From Mobula hypostoma (lineage: Eukaryota): a stretch of 64,000 nucleotides of DNA. Below are positions 36,481 to 49,868 of the stretch, one piece after another (positions within the stretch are counted from its first letter, which is position 1; each line of letters opens with the position of its first letter). The notes under the pieces are model-generated. The model saw only the letters and a program-made list of their open reading frames with translations. It made no database searches and was not told the DNA's origin. The position numbers and the translations under genes were made by a program. The stretch spans positions 223,822,001 through 223,886,000 of the forward strand of contig NC_086097.1 in NCBI RefSeq assembly GCF_963921235.1. The letters run 5' to 3'.

Positions 36481-39400
36481 ATTGTGGGCTGAGGGGCCTG
36501 TTCCTGTTCTATATGCTGGTTTTCAAGTTCCATTGCACAATATTGATGAAACCAGTCTAAACTCGCAAGCCAACAAGCCAGACACTGAGTGAGCACTGCC
36601 TGTGTTGAAACAGCAGCCATCAGATGCTTCCTCATGGCTGCATCCACAGGAAACAGAAATGGCCTCTCCAGAGAGAGGGGTTAGGGTTCAGGAACAGGGA
36701 TGTGGGGGCATTAGAGGACAGGCTGAAGACAAAGCCTCTGGTCCACATTCGAAGGCCAGTGAAGGGTAGGTGGGACATTTGTGATTCAACATCAGGCCAG
36801 CAGACCAGCAAAAATGAGGGCCGGTCGCCCTTCCCAGGGTCAGCCGGTTGTCGGCAAGTTCCGGGATCTGTGTTCCGTGCGGGCAGTGATCCCCTAGGTA
36901 CACAAGTCAGCCAGACTAGAATTCTGGACCTCGTGTTCGGGGCCCTGTCATCGGTGAGTCTTGGCATTTGAGGCCTGGAGTTCAGGCCCTCATTCGTCAT
37001 CATTGGCGATTCCTGAAGGTAACGATCTTCAACCTCAGCATCAATGTCCTGGAGCCCAGCAGCTTCACAGTGGAGCATTCCAGAGGTTCTACCTTTTCTT
37101 CACCTCAGTCCTTCCTGCCCTGCTTCCTGTTCTGAGACTCTGACGCCCTCGTTCTAGACATCCCAGCGACGGGGTGGATGCTCTTCAGATCTAATGTTCT
37201 GAGCCACTTTTTGCACTATTTATTTATTTTGTAATTTATAGTAATTTAATGTCATTGCATCGTACTGCTGCCATGAAATAAAGATTTCACAATATATGGG
37301 ACAGTGGTAATAAACCTGATTCTGATGCTGAACAATTTTGTAAATTTTTGTGAGATTGCCAGTCATTCTTCTAAACGCCAGAGGATACAAGCCTTATCTA
37401 CTCATTCTCTTCTCCTCAGACAAACCTGCCATCTCAGATCCAGTCTGGTAAAATGCTTTTCATTTCTTTTATGTCAAGCGTGTCCTTTTGTTTTGGGCAA
37501 GGAGACAAAAACTGTATATTTTGTACTCCAGGTGTGGCTTTTGCCTAGGATGTTCAGATATTGTGATGAAGAAAAACAGCAATGGGGTCACTTGAACCTG
37601 GAACCTCCAATCACGCAATACTTCGTCTTGTAAGGGAGGTCAATGGGCGGAGTTTTAGCATTTGTTGATTCCGATATTATTTTATCTTCTGCCAATGCTT
37701 GATGGCTGTAACCATTAAGTAATTGAGGTACTAGAGTGGATCCTTCAAAGTCTCCTGGGTATTTCTTCTCTGGGAGTGGGTGTTGTTCTGGACCACACCT
37801 GACCTAGAGAAGAAAGGTCAATGGGTGAACATGAGAGGGAGTGTGCTCCCAGTTCTCAGGATGCCCTGATGGAGGAGGTGGAGAGCAGTATACTTTGGAT
37901 TCAGAATTCAGGGATCAGTTGAAGCAGTTAGAAATGGAGGTTAATGTCAAGGATTAATCAATGAAGTTCTAGTTTGAATGCTGTGTAATATTCATAGCTT
38001 CATAACTGATCAAGATTCAGGTGTTTAAGGTGCATGGAGAAACGTTTAGGGCAGATGTCAGAGGTAGTTTTTTTTTTACAGGGTTGGTAGGTGCCTGGAA
38101 TGCACCACGGGGGAATGTTTGTAGAGTCTGATATACTGGGGACTTTTAAGAGACTCTTCGTTAGGCATGTGGATGTCAGAAAAATGGATGGTTATGGTCT
38201 GTATAGGATTGATCATGGAGTAAGTTTATATAGTTTGGCACAAAATTGTGGGGCAAATGGCCCTTACTGTTCCATGTTTGATGTAAGTGTCGTGTTGTAT
38301 TATCCGTACCACTGGCCAGGCACTTCTCAGTGTGCACCATCTCCATCGCACATCTAGCCACAATACATGTCGATTCAGGTGAGACCTTGATCTCTGTTAG
38401 CTCTTTTTCTCCCTTGCACAGAGTGCTGTATCTTTAAAGCACTATCACCACTCACACTATGGGCAAATTATGAGATGTTTGGAAGCGTACTAATATCCTG
38501 GCCAGCAGGTTCGCTGGTGCTACTTGGGAGGACTTAAACTAACTTGGGAAGAGGATGGAAGCCAGAGCACCAAGTCAGAGAATTGAGGGATGGAGAAGAA
38601 GGTAGATGTCAGGGCCAGTAAAATAAAAAGGCAGGAGCAAAGTATTAGTTTGCAGGTAGTTTGAAGTGTGTGCATTTTAATGCTAGGAATATTCTGGGTA
38701 AAAGTAATGAATTTAGATCATGGAACTATGAGGTTGAGGCCATTAAAGAGACTTGGTTGAGAGAGGGACAGGAATGGGTGATTAATGTCCAAAGGTTTTA
38801 ATGTTTTACAAAGGATAAAGAGGGAGGCAAAAGAGGTGGGAGAATTAGAGTACCAATCAGGGATACTATCACAGCAGCACACAAAGAGGACAAGATGGAG
38901 GGTTCATCCACCGAGTCTACTCTATGTGGGTAGAACTCAGAAACAGGAAGTGTGCAATAACTCTGATGGAATTGTACTACAGAACCCCCCCCCCCGCCCC
39001 CAATAGAGTCCTGGACATTAAGGAACAGATATGCAGGCAGATTAAGGAAAGGTGTAAAAACAATAGGGTTGTTGTCATAGGGGACTTGAACCTCCATGAT
39101 ACAAACTGGGACCCTTTGAGTGCAAGAGGTTTAGATGGGGCAGAGTTTGTTACGTGCACCCAGGACAGTTTTGTAGACAGTCCAACAAAAAGAAGAGCTG
39201 CACTGAAATCTGATCAGGTAATGAGCCTAGAGATGCTGCCTGGCCTGCTGCGTTCACCAGCAACTTTTATGTGTGTTGCAGGTAATGAGCCTGGTTGGTT
39301 CACTAACATTTCAGTGGATGAGCAGTGACCACAACTCCTTAAGTTTTAAGGTAGCTGCAGGTGAGGATGGACTTTGTGGGAGAATATTAAACTGGAGCAG

Positions 39401-40099
39401 GGCAAATTATGAGAGCATTAGGCAGGAACTGAGGAGAGATCATTGGGAACAGCTGTTTTTGGGCAAGTCCACATTTAACATATGGAGGGTGTTAAAAGCC
39501 CAACTGTACAGAGTACAGGACAGGTATGTTCCAGTCAGAGGGACGGACAAGCATGGGCAAGGTAAGGGAACCTTCAGTGTCAAGGGAGGTGTTTCACACT
39601 TTTTTATTGCTACTAATAAGCAAAATTTCTGTTTTTTTCCTTATTTAAGGAAATTTGAACTCGTCCACTCTGTAATGCTAGTAAGATACCGGACCAGAGG
39701 ATTTAGAGCCTCAGGGTCATCTGCCATAATAGACAAATACAGTTGTGTGTTATTTGCAAGTCTATGGTAATTCAGATATCAGAATCAGAATCAGGTTTAT
39801 CATCACCGGCATGTGTCATGAAATTTGTTAACTTAGCAGCAGCAGTTCAATGCAGTACATAATATAGAAGGAATTAATAATTAAGTAAATAAATAAGTAA
39901 ATCAGTTGCAGTATACATATATTGAATAGATTAAAAATCATGCAAAACAGAAATAATATATATTAAAAAGTGAGGTAGTGTTCATGGGTTCAATGTCCAT
40001 TTAGGAATCAGATAACAGAAGGGAAGAAGCTGTTCCTGAATCGCTGACTGTTTGCCTTCAGGCTTCTGTACCTCCTACCTGATGGTAACAATGAGAAAG

Positions 40100-41130
40100 C
40101 ACCTTGTGTTTTGAAATAATCTGACCTAATGGGTACACGTAGAATGACAACAACTATGGGTCAGGAATTAATCCTTGTGGCGGCACACCAAGCATAATAT
40201 CATGGATTTTAGATGCACCATCATTAGAGCCAACAAAGAATTTTCTTCTTGTTATGTAAGATTGAAACCAGCTTAATGCAGTACCAGAAAGACCTACCCA
40301 TTGACTAAGATGATTTATGAGAACACTGTGATCTACGGTATCAAATGCTATGCTGAAATCTAAGAGAGCAAGAACTGATATGTTACCTGTGTTGGCACTA
40401 AGCTGTAAGTCAATAACTACTATAAGCAATGCAGTTTCTGTACTACGATGTGATCTACAACCTGGCTGATAAGACCAAAAGAGAATTAGGCCATCTGGCC
40501 CATTGAGTCTGCTCTGCCATTAAACCAGGCTGATCCTTTCTATTTGACTGAAAATGGTCAAGAATAGAATTTTTATTCCAGCAATCTAAAATTTTACCAG
40601 GAACAGAGCAGTCTAGATTATTTTTCTTAAGTAGGTGTATAACTACTGCAGTTTTTAAGGAATCTGGAAAATTACCAGAAATTAGTGAGTGAATAACTAC
40701 GATGAGTACACTGTCAATTGTCAGAAGCAGCTTTATAAAAGCCTGTGGGAATAGGATCAAAAACACATGGACAGTTTTAGCTGAACAATTATTTCTCAAA
40801 GTTTAGGTAAACTTATCTTAGTAAGAGTTTAGTTCAGTGCTGAGCTCGTTGGGGATCAGCAAGGTCTGTTTAATATTACATCTTATTTATTTTCTATATT
40901 AAAAATGCAGCAAAACTCTCATTTCTAGCTTTAGATGTTTTCAGTAACCATTTCATCAATGGAGCTGAGTTTAATTGATGATCAATAGTGAAAATAATAC
41001 TCTTGGATTGTCTGCAGTATCATTAATAACTTTAGCAAAGTACGACTGTCTCTCGAGGCTGTATTTAGTTATATGAGGCCTCAAGATTTCATAGTGAGCT
41101 GTTAGTTTAGTCAAACCCTCATAATGATTG
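40100..41130 (-). mobile_element. L2-clade LINE RT fragment
   Basis: FPDSLKTAVV..LKK; LLDFSIAFDTVDHSVL..GLSGTALSWFQSY..GVP.QG. Confidence 0.88.
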
Positions 41131-42177
41131 TCTTGGACATTTTTATTGTGATTGTAAGTATCTGTTGGACATCAATAATGTAGAATATGACAATTCTGGT
41201 GCACTGGTTCATTGGAGAGACCAACAGTGGGGGAGCTGCGTTGCCTCAGTTGTGGCGCAGACTAGGCTCTCATGGTGTGGGTTACCTGTTGCAGCTGCTC
41301 AGGGGAGGAGATGCTGGAAGCGGTGTGGGAGAGAGCAGAGGCCTCTGTGGGAATGCTGAGATCTATACAGGGTTGGGGGCTAGCTCTTCTTATACTGGAG
41401 AAGGGCTGGTCCTCCTGTCAGTGCTGCCCTCTGGTGTTTGCTCAGCAGAAGAACAAGCTGGACCGTGATAACATCTCATGCACAATCAAGCTACAGGACA
41501 TGCCACTCAGGGATATGGCCTTTTTTTTTTGTGACTGCTGTCGTAACCATATGTGCTATATGAGCTATGTGCTGTGAGCTGTTGGTAATGTGTTTTGCAC
41601 CTTGGCCTCAGAGGATCACTGTTTTATTTGGTTATATTCATATATGGTTGAATAGAAATCCTTGACAAGTAGGATTAAGGAGAATCCCAAGGCAATCTAC
41701 AGATAATCTACAGATATATCATGAACAAGAGGATAACGAAGGTGAGGGTAGGACAACTCAAGGATGGGGGGAGGGAGCATTTGCTTGGATGCGGAGGATG
41801 TGGGTGAGATCCATAATGAGTCCTTTACATCAGTATTTACCAAGGAGAAGGACATGGAGGATAGGGAGATCATCGTTGAGTGTATTGATCTGATAAGGCA
41901 CTTCGAGGTAAAGGTTTTGTCTCTTAAAAGCCATTAAGATGGATAAGTCCCCAGGGCCTGATGGGCTATACCACAGGATATTGATAGAGGCAAGAGAAGA
42001 GATTGCTGGGGCCTTGAGCAATATCTTTGTCTCCTCTCTAGCCATAGGCAGGGTCCTGGAGGACAGGCAGGTAGCTAAAGTTGTTAGATTATTCAAGAAG
42101 GGAACAAGGAATAATCCTGGATACTATAGACCAGTGAGTCTCAAAGTCAGTGATAGAGATGTTACCAGAGAGAATTA

Positions 42178-42938
42178 ACAATATAACCATATAACTATAT
42201 AACGGTTACAGCACGGAAACAGGCCATCTCGGCCCTTCTAGTCCGTGCCGAACTCTTACTCTCACCTAGTCCCACCGACCTACGCTCAGCCCATAACTCT
42301 CCATTCCTTTTCTTTCCATATAGATATCCAATTTAACTTTAAATGACAACATCGAACCTGCCTCAACCACTTCTGCTGAAAGCTCGTTCCACACAGCTAC
42401 CACTCTCTGAGTAAAGAAGTTCCCCCTCATGTTACCCCTAAGCTTTTGCCCTTTAACTCTCAACTCATGTCCCCTTGTTTGAATCTCCCCCACTCTCAAT
42501 GGAAAAACCTATCCATGTCAACTCTATCTATCCCTCTCATAATTTTAAATACCTCTATCAAGTCCCCTGTGGTAAACCATATATATATGTTGTAACTGGG
42601 TTACCTGTCTGGACACGGCCCTCTGCTGACTGCTCCTGTTGCTCCTGTGGCTCCTCCCACAGACCCCCGAATAAAGGCGACTGTGCCACTGCTCCTCCTC
42701 TCAGTCCAGGGCAGATACTCAGCATGGTCGAGGTCACATTTTACTGCTAATAAAAGCCTTTCAGTATTTACTCTATTTCCAGTCTTTTGGAGTAATTGAT
42801 AGTGCATCAACCTTCTACGCTCCAACGAATAAAGACCCAACTTGTTCAACCTTTCTCTGTAACTTAGCTGATGAAACCCAGGTAACATTCTAGTAAATCT
42901 TCTCTGTACTCTCTCTATTTTGTTGACATCTTTCCTAT
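42178..42938 (-). mobile_element. Young CR1 3' fragment (same subfamily as 35352-36480) interrupted by a solo LTR
   Basis: Near-identical to 35357-35872. Confidence 0.93.
42568..42809 (+). mobile_element. Solo LTR
   Basis: TG...CA termini, AATAAA near the 3' end, second copy at 53021-53252. Confidence 0.85.
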
Positions 42939-44487
42939 ATTTCTTCGGGATGGGATTTAAGTTCAAAGTATGTATACAATATACAATCTTGAGATTTGTC
43001 TTCTTGCAGGGAGCCACAAAACAAAGAGATAGAACTCTTTAAAAGAATCCCCCCACACACACACACACACAACTGAGTTCCACCAGCACTTTGTGTGTGT
43101 TCCCTGCACGACAACAGCATCAGACACACGAGAAAAAGAACAAGTTTCGCATACAGCAAAAGGCGAAGAAATAACTCACAAGACATTAAAGATCAAACCA
43201 TAGAGTCCCCAAAAGTGAGTCCACAGCCACGAGCCACCGAAGCAAGTAAAGTCGGTCCAGGAGCCGATAGCTGCAGCCACAGCCACCGGGTTGGTCAGTT
43301 CAGCACTGTGTCCATGGCTTCAGACCCAAACCAGGGCATATTTAGGGACAGCCAGTAGGGCAAGTCATGCTTTACTAACTTGATTGAGTTTTTTGATGAG
43401 GTTATGAGTGTGGTGGATGAAGGTAGAGCTGTGGTTGTTGTCTATCTGGATTTTAGTAAGGCGTTTAATAAAGCCCCTCATGGGAGGCTCATCCAGAGGA
43501 TTAAAATGCATGGGATCCATGGTGAATTGGCTGTTTGGATTGCCTATAGAACACAAAGGGTGGTGGCTGAAGGGTCTTATTCTAGCTGGGGGTCTGTGAT
43601 TAGTGGTGTTCTGAAAGGATTGGTGCTGGGACCTCTGCTGTTTGTGATGTAGATAACCGAACTGGATGAAAATGGATGGATTCATAAATTTGCAGATGAA
43701 ATGAAGATTAGAGGTGTGTAGATAACACAGAAGACTGGCAAAGAATATAATGGGATGTAGATCAGTGACAGATATGGGTGGAGAAATGGCAGATGGAGTT
43801 TAACCCAGCCAGATATGAAGTGTTGCAGCATGAGGTCAAATGTAAAGAGACCCTTAACAGTGTAGCTAAGCAGAGGGATCTGGGGGCCCAAGTTCACAGC
43901 TCCCTGAAAGTGGATGCACAGGTTGATAGGGTGGTTAAGAAAGGATATGGCCTGCTTGCCTTCATCATTCGGGACTCTGAGTTCAGAAGGCAGGATGTTT
44001 TGCTCCAGTTAGGCCACATCTGAAGTATTACAATGCAGTTCTGGTTGCCCCATTATAGGAAGGATGTCGAGGCTTTGGAGAGGGTGCAGAAGGGGTTTAC
44101 CGGGATGCTGTCTAGATTCGAGGGCACGTGCTATAACGAAAGGTTGGACATATTTGGTTGTTTTCTCTGGAGCGGTGGAGGCTGAGGGGAGATCTGATAG
44201 AGGTTTATAAGATTATGAGAGGTATAGGTAGAGTAGACAGACAACATCTTTTCCAAGGGTTGGAATGTCTAATACCAGAGGGCATGCATTTAGGTGAGAG
44301 GGGGTAATTTCAAAGGAGATGTGAGGGGCAGACTTTTTTATGCAGAGGGCTGTGGGTGCCTGGAGGTGCTGTCTGGGGTGGTGGGCGAAGCAGATGCATT
44401 AAGAGACGGTTCGGTAGGCACATGAATGTGAAGAAAATGGAAGGATATAGACAGTGTGTAGGCAGAAGAGATTAATTTAGTTAGCCA

Positions 44488-45840
44488 CCTCCCTCCCCTT
44501 TCTAGATCTTTCTGTCTCTGTCTCTGGAGACAGCTTATCCGCTGATGTCTACTATAAGCCTACTGACTCTCACAGCTATCTGGACTATTCCTCTTCTCAC
44601 CCTGTCTCTTGCAAAAATGCCATCCCCTTCTCGCAATTCCTCCGTCTCCGCCGCATCTGCTCTCAGGATGAGGCTTTTCATTCTAGGACGAGAGAGATGT
44701 CCTCCTTTTTTAAAGGAAGGGGCTTCCCTTCCTCCACTATGAACTGTGCTCTTAAACGCATCTCCCCCATTTCACGTACATCTGCTCTCACTCCATCCTC
44801 CTGCCACCCCACTAGGAATAGGGTTCCCCTGGTCCTCACCTACCACCCCACCGGTCTCCGGGTCCAACATATTATTCTCCGTAACTTCCTCCACCTCCAA
44901 TGGGATCCCACCACTAAGCACATCTTTCCCTCCCCCCCCCCTCTGCTTTCCACAGGGATCACTCCCTATGCAACTCCCTTGTCCATTCGTCCCCCCCATC
45001 CCTCCCCACTGATCTCCCTCCTGGCACTTATCCGTGTAAGCGGAACAAGTGCTACACATGCCCTTACACTTCCTCCCTTACCACCATTCAGGGCCCCAGA
45101 CAGTCCTTTCAGGTGAGGCGACACTTCACCTGTGAGTCGGCTGGGGTGATATACTGCGTCCGGTGCTCCCGATGTGGCCTTTTATATATTGGCGAGACCC
45201 GACGCAGACTGGGAGACCGCTTTGCTGAACACCTACACTCTGTCTGCCAGAGAAAGCAGGATCTCCCAGTGGCCACACATTTTAATTCCACATCCCATTC
45301 CCATTCTGACATGTCTATCCACGGCCTCCTCTACTCTTAAGATGAAGCCACACTCAGGTTGGAGGAACAACACCTTATATTCCATCTGGGTAGCCTCCAA
45401 CCTGATGGCATGAACATCGACTTCTCTAACTTCCGCTAAGGCCCCACCTCCCCCTCGTACCCCATCTGTTACTCCTTTTTATGCACACATTCTTTCTCTC
45501 ACTGTCCTTTTTCTCCCTCTGTCCCTCTGAATATACCCCTTGCCCATCTTCTGGGTTCCCCCCCCCCGCCCCGTCTTTCTTCCCGGACCTCCTGTCCCAT
45601 GATCCTCTCGTATCCCCTTTTGCCAATCACCTGTCCAGCTCCTGGCTCCATCCCTCCCCCTCCTGTCTTCTCCTATCATTTCGGATCTCCCCCTCCCCCT
45701 CCAACTTTCAAATCTCTTACTAGCTCTTCCTTCAGTTAGTCCTGACGAAGGGTCCCGGCCCGAAACGTCGACTGTACCTCTTCCTACAGATGCTGCTTGG
45801 CCTGCTGCGTTCACCAGCAACTTTGATGTGTGTTGCTTGT
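44488..45840 (+). mobile_element. Young 5'-truncated Penelope-like element (RT C-terminus, GIY-YIG endonuclease, terminal repeat)
   Basis: VYYKPTDSHSYLDYSSSHP..LRRICS; CKRNKCYTC; GVIYCVRCSRCGLLYIGETRRRLGDRFAEH; one frameshift in a C-run and one stop. Confidence 0.95.
45738..45773 (+). ncRNA. Minimal type I hammerhead ribozyme (predicted, intact)
   Basis: Stem I AGTC/GACT, CTGACGA, stem II GGG/CCC, GAAA, CGTC; predicted cleavage after 45769. Confidence 0.9.
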
Positions 45841-45979
45841 TTCTAATGTAATTGGTTTGGCACAACATCTCGGGCGAAAGGGCCTGTTCCTGTGCTGTTC
45901 TGTTCTCTGTCCTGTGTTCACCCCACTGGATTATATTTCACCCACCAGTGTCCATCCTTTTCTGGTGTTCATCCCTTTC

Positions 45980-47012
45980 GGAATGGCAGGCGGTGACCAG
46001 TGGGGTACCGTAGGGTTCAATGCTGGGACCGCAGCTATTTACAATGTACATTAATGATTTAGGTGAAGGGATTAAAAGTAACATTAGCAAATTTGCAGAT
46101 GACACAAAGCTGCGTCGCAGTGTGAAATGTGAGGAGGATGTTATGAGAATGCAGGTGACTTGGACAGGCTGGGTGAGTGGGCAGACGCATGGCAGATACA
46201 GTTTAATGTGGATGAATGTGAGGTTATCCACTTTGGTGGTAAGAACAGGAAGGCAGATTATTATCTAAATGGAGTCAAGTTAGGAAAAGGGGAAGTACAA
46301 TGTGATCTAGGTGTTCTTGTACATCAGTCACTGAAAACAAACATGCAAGTACAGCAGGCAGTGAAGAAAGCTAATGGCATGCTGGCCTTCATAACAAGGG
46401 GAATTGAGTATAGGAGCAAAGAGGTCCTTCTGCAGCTGTACAGGGCCCTGGTGAGACCACACCTGGAGTACTGTGTGCAGTTTTGGTCTCCAAATTTGAG
46501 AAAGGACATTCTTGCTATTGAGGGAGTGCAGCACAGGTTAATTCCCGGGATGGCAGGACTGTCATATGTTGAAAGATTGAAGCGACTGGCTTGTACACAC
46601 TGGAATTTAGAAGGATGAGAGGGGATCTGATTGAAACATATAAGATTATTAAGGGATTGGACACGCTGGAGGCAGGAAGCATGTTCCCGCTGATGGGTGA
46701 GTCCAGAACCAGAGGCCACAGTTTACGAATAAGGGGTAGGCCATTTAGAACGGAGTTGAGGAATAACTTTTTCACCCAGAGACTGGTGGATATGTGGAAT
46801 GCTCTGCCCCAGAAGGCAGTGGAGGCCAACTCTCTGGATGCTTTCAAGGAAGAGATGGATAGAGCTCTTAAAGATAGCGGAATCAAAGGTTATGGGGATA
46901 AGGCAGGAACTGGATACTGATAGTGGATGATCAGCCATGATCACAGTGAATGGCAGTGCTGGCTCGAAGGGCCGAATGGCCTACTCCTGCACCTATTGTC
47001 TATTGTCTATTG
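45980..47012 (+). mobile_element. CR1 5'-truncated RT fragment
   Basis: LGPQLF.MYINDL..SKFADDTK, RPHLEYC; (CTATTGT)n tail. Confidence 0.95.
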
Positions 47013-49220
47013 GTACAGGTGGAGGTGACATATATTTGGAAGAAATATCATTGTTGACAATTGATTAATGATGTGTTTGATGACCTGCTAGCACAGTCAT
47101 GAGGAGAGACGCTTCTGAATAGAATTGAGGCATTCATTGGTAAGGCTATGGCCGATTATAGTGGAATAACCATGCAAAATGATAGTATCCTCTTACTTTG
47201 CCCTGTTTCTAAAAATAGCAGTCCCTTTCAACTCACCTTCCCTTATGTTGCACAGGCTACAAGTGGAGAAAATGTCCATCCCTTTGGCCTCCTCAATGCA
47301 CCACAATCCCTCTCCTTTCTGTTAGCAGACAAATACTTTCCATCTGGCAATCACAACACAAAGGGTGTAACAGTGACGGCATGAGGTCACACAGTTTCAC
47401 ACTTACAGCCACCAGCTTGCACAAGTGACCACAGAGGATTACCAATATACAGCTCCAAGTTGGCCTCCTCTCATCCCCATCCCATACCAGATGTCATATT
47501 TGTCAGAGATAGACATACAGGTGAATTGACGGACTCTCAGCTAAAGCTGATGTGGTGAAGTTGAGAGATTTTGGTGAGTGAATTGAATTGAATTGAATTG
47601 ACTTTATTATTTACATCCTTTATATACATGAGGAGTAAAAATCTTTATGTTATGTGGATCAAAATTGTCCAGCTTCCAGACTTTGAGAAATTTGCCCTGA
47701 GATGGAAAAGTGAATAATTAGCTTTTCTTGGAGGGGCAAGGTGAAATACTTGAAATTTTTGGAATGGTTTGGAATGCTGTTTTTGAGTTCAATGGTCAGT
47801 TGCTGGGAATGAGTAACTGACTGATTCTACACGTATCTAATTCAATGCAATGCTCATGGTTACAGGGGGACCTCAGAGACTGTGCTGGTCCTAATATCTA
47901 TTATTTCACACTAGGAATGGTTGAGGCCCCACCCAAAACCTGCCTCTTGTCCTTGTCTTTGGGAATCAATTTTTAGTAACGCTACCCTCACTTCCATGCA
48001 GAAATTCCCTTGGGGTTGGATTGAGTTTTCCTGTCTCTGGGAGGACGGCTCCACTAATGCTTCAAACCATTGGCTTGTGTGTGCAGCACTTAAAATGATC
48101 AATGTCACCTTTAACTAAATTTACTTTTTCGCCACTTTGTAAGTTGTAGCAATATGATATATTTCAACCACCACTGCCACCTGTAGAATAGTTAGTAATC
48201 TGTACTGGTGATCAAACCTAAGAGGCAAATCTTGTCAGCAACATTTAATTTCCCATTTCTTCAATTATTCCGAGTTAAAATATATTCCACTGATTTCCAC
48301 AAATCCACTTTGCAAGCTGTTGCTTGATCAGAAAATTAGGTTGTATAAATGCTCTGGTGAAATTTTCAAATCCATGAACCATTTCCTTTTCATGTATTTT
48401 GTTAATAAATAACACAACGCACTGATGTGAGAACAAGAACATCCTTATGCCTTTTGCATAGTGATACCACGCACCTCCTGACAATATGGATGATCAGTCA
48501 TAGTCATGCTTGGAGAGAAACCCCTACAATCTTGCTCTAGGATATCGATGACTGTCACTTCAGGTCAGCCATGAAGAAAAACCCAAGCGAGACAAGTCAA
48601 TTGAACTTGCAGCTCAGTAGACACTAGATTGAATAAAAAGCCTTTTTTTTAAATTTACGCTGGAGTCAGCTGTGTGTTTATACTGGGCACTTCTGCTGTG
48701 CTGTGTCACATTGCAATTTGAAGCATTGCTACTTCATCAGCCATTGGGCTGTCATGGAGAAAAGGAACCTCTGCTGACAGAAGGAAGAGCTCACTCATTT
48801 AGTGGAGGATAATGGTGCATTTGTATATATTGTGGCTTCAATCTCTCATTCAGCTGCTTGAATTGTAAACAAAAAAAAATCTAGTGTTTATAATTCTGCA
48901 CAAGAGCTAACTAATCATGACAATATTTTAATCTCTTAAACAAAAATTGAATGCTGTGGAGCAGAAGAACACAGATTTACATCATTGAGTCATGGTGTGA
49001 TTTGTTTCTGTCAGTGAAGTCAGCTCTTCTGACGGGGAGCAGCTGAGGGTTGGCTGCCTACATGTTTTGGGAGGAATGGAAGAGTGCAACTGCGAAGAAG
49101 CTCAGCACCATTCAGGTCAAAGCTGCGTATTTGACCGGTTTACCACACAACGACTTCCTCAGCCGCGGCTGCTGTGTGCTCCATGTACAAGATGAACCGT
49201 AGTAAGCTGCGGAGATAACT

Positions 49221-49868
49221 TCAAAGTTCAAAGTGCACTTATTGTCAAAGTATGTATACATCATACAACCTAACAGGCAGCCACGAAACAAAGAAACCCA
49301 AAAAAAAACTCATAAAAGAAAGACCATCAAACACCCAATGTGCAGAGGAAAAAAAACCAAATCATGCTAACAATATATGCAAACAAATGACATTCTGAAC
49401 TGAAGTCCACAAAGACAGTCCCATTCATAGAGTCTTAGTTCAGTGCAGAGCGGAGCAGTGAACTGAAACAGCCCGTCCCTCGCTTCATGCCCTGATTCCC
49501 TGACCTTTTCAATCTGGCCTGGCGCTTAAGTTGCTCGAACATCAGATTCAGTTGCTTTGATACACTCTGGGGCCTGGGCCCCACCACCTCAATTTGACCT
49601 GCAGCCGACCTTAGCAATTTGGCTCGGCGCTAAAGTTGAGCAAACCTTAGGTGTTCCTCACTGTCGGCTACGGTCCCACTGCCTCGCCTTGCCTGGGTTC
49701 CGCCACATTGAATTGCCTCCAAGTTTAAAGGGAAGTTACATGCTATTGTTTGTGGTGATTGTTTACCAGAAAAAGGGTGATTAACTAAGTTATTTAGTTG
49801 TTTTATTTGTATCATTAGTCACCAGCCAGAAGTCACTGAGATTCACCGGCACCATCTTAAACAGGAAG
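49221..49868 (-). mobile_element. Non-coding element with an AAGATGG 5' end and (TTTGAAC)n tail
   Basis: 5' ACTTCCTGTTTAAGATGGTG; tail shared with Rex1-type 3' ends. Confidence 0.6.

Larger units (their letters stand above)
38440..45910 (+). mobile_element. One long old CR1 split by nested insertions (about 38440-39590, 41660-42172, 43340-44487, 45840-45910)
   Basis: Collinear order: ORF1 end, endonuclease (WVELRN..GDLN), DKSPGPDG..YRPVSL, YLDFSKAF, FADE, 3' tail. Confidence 0.8.
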
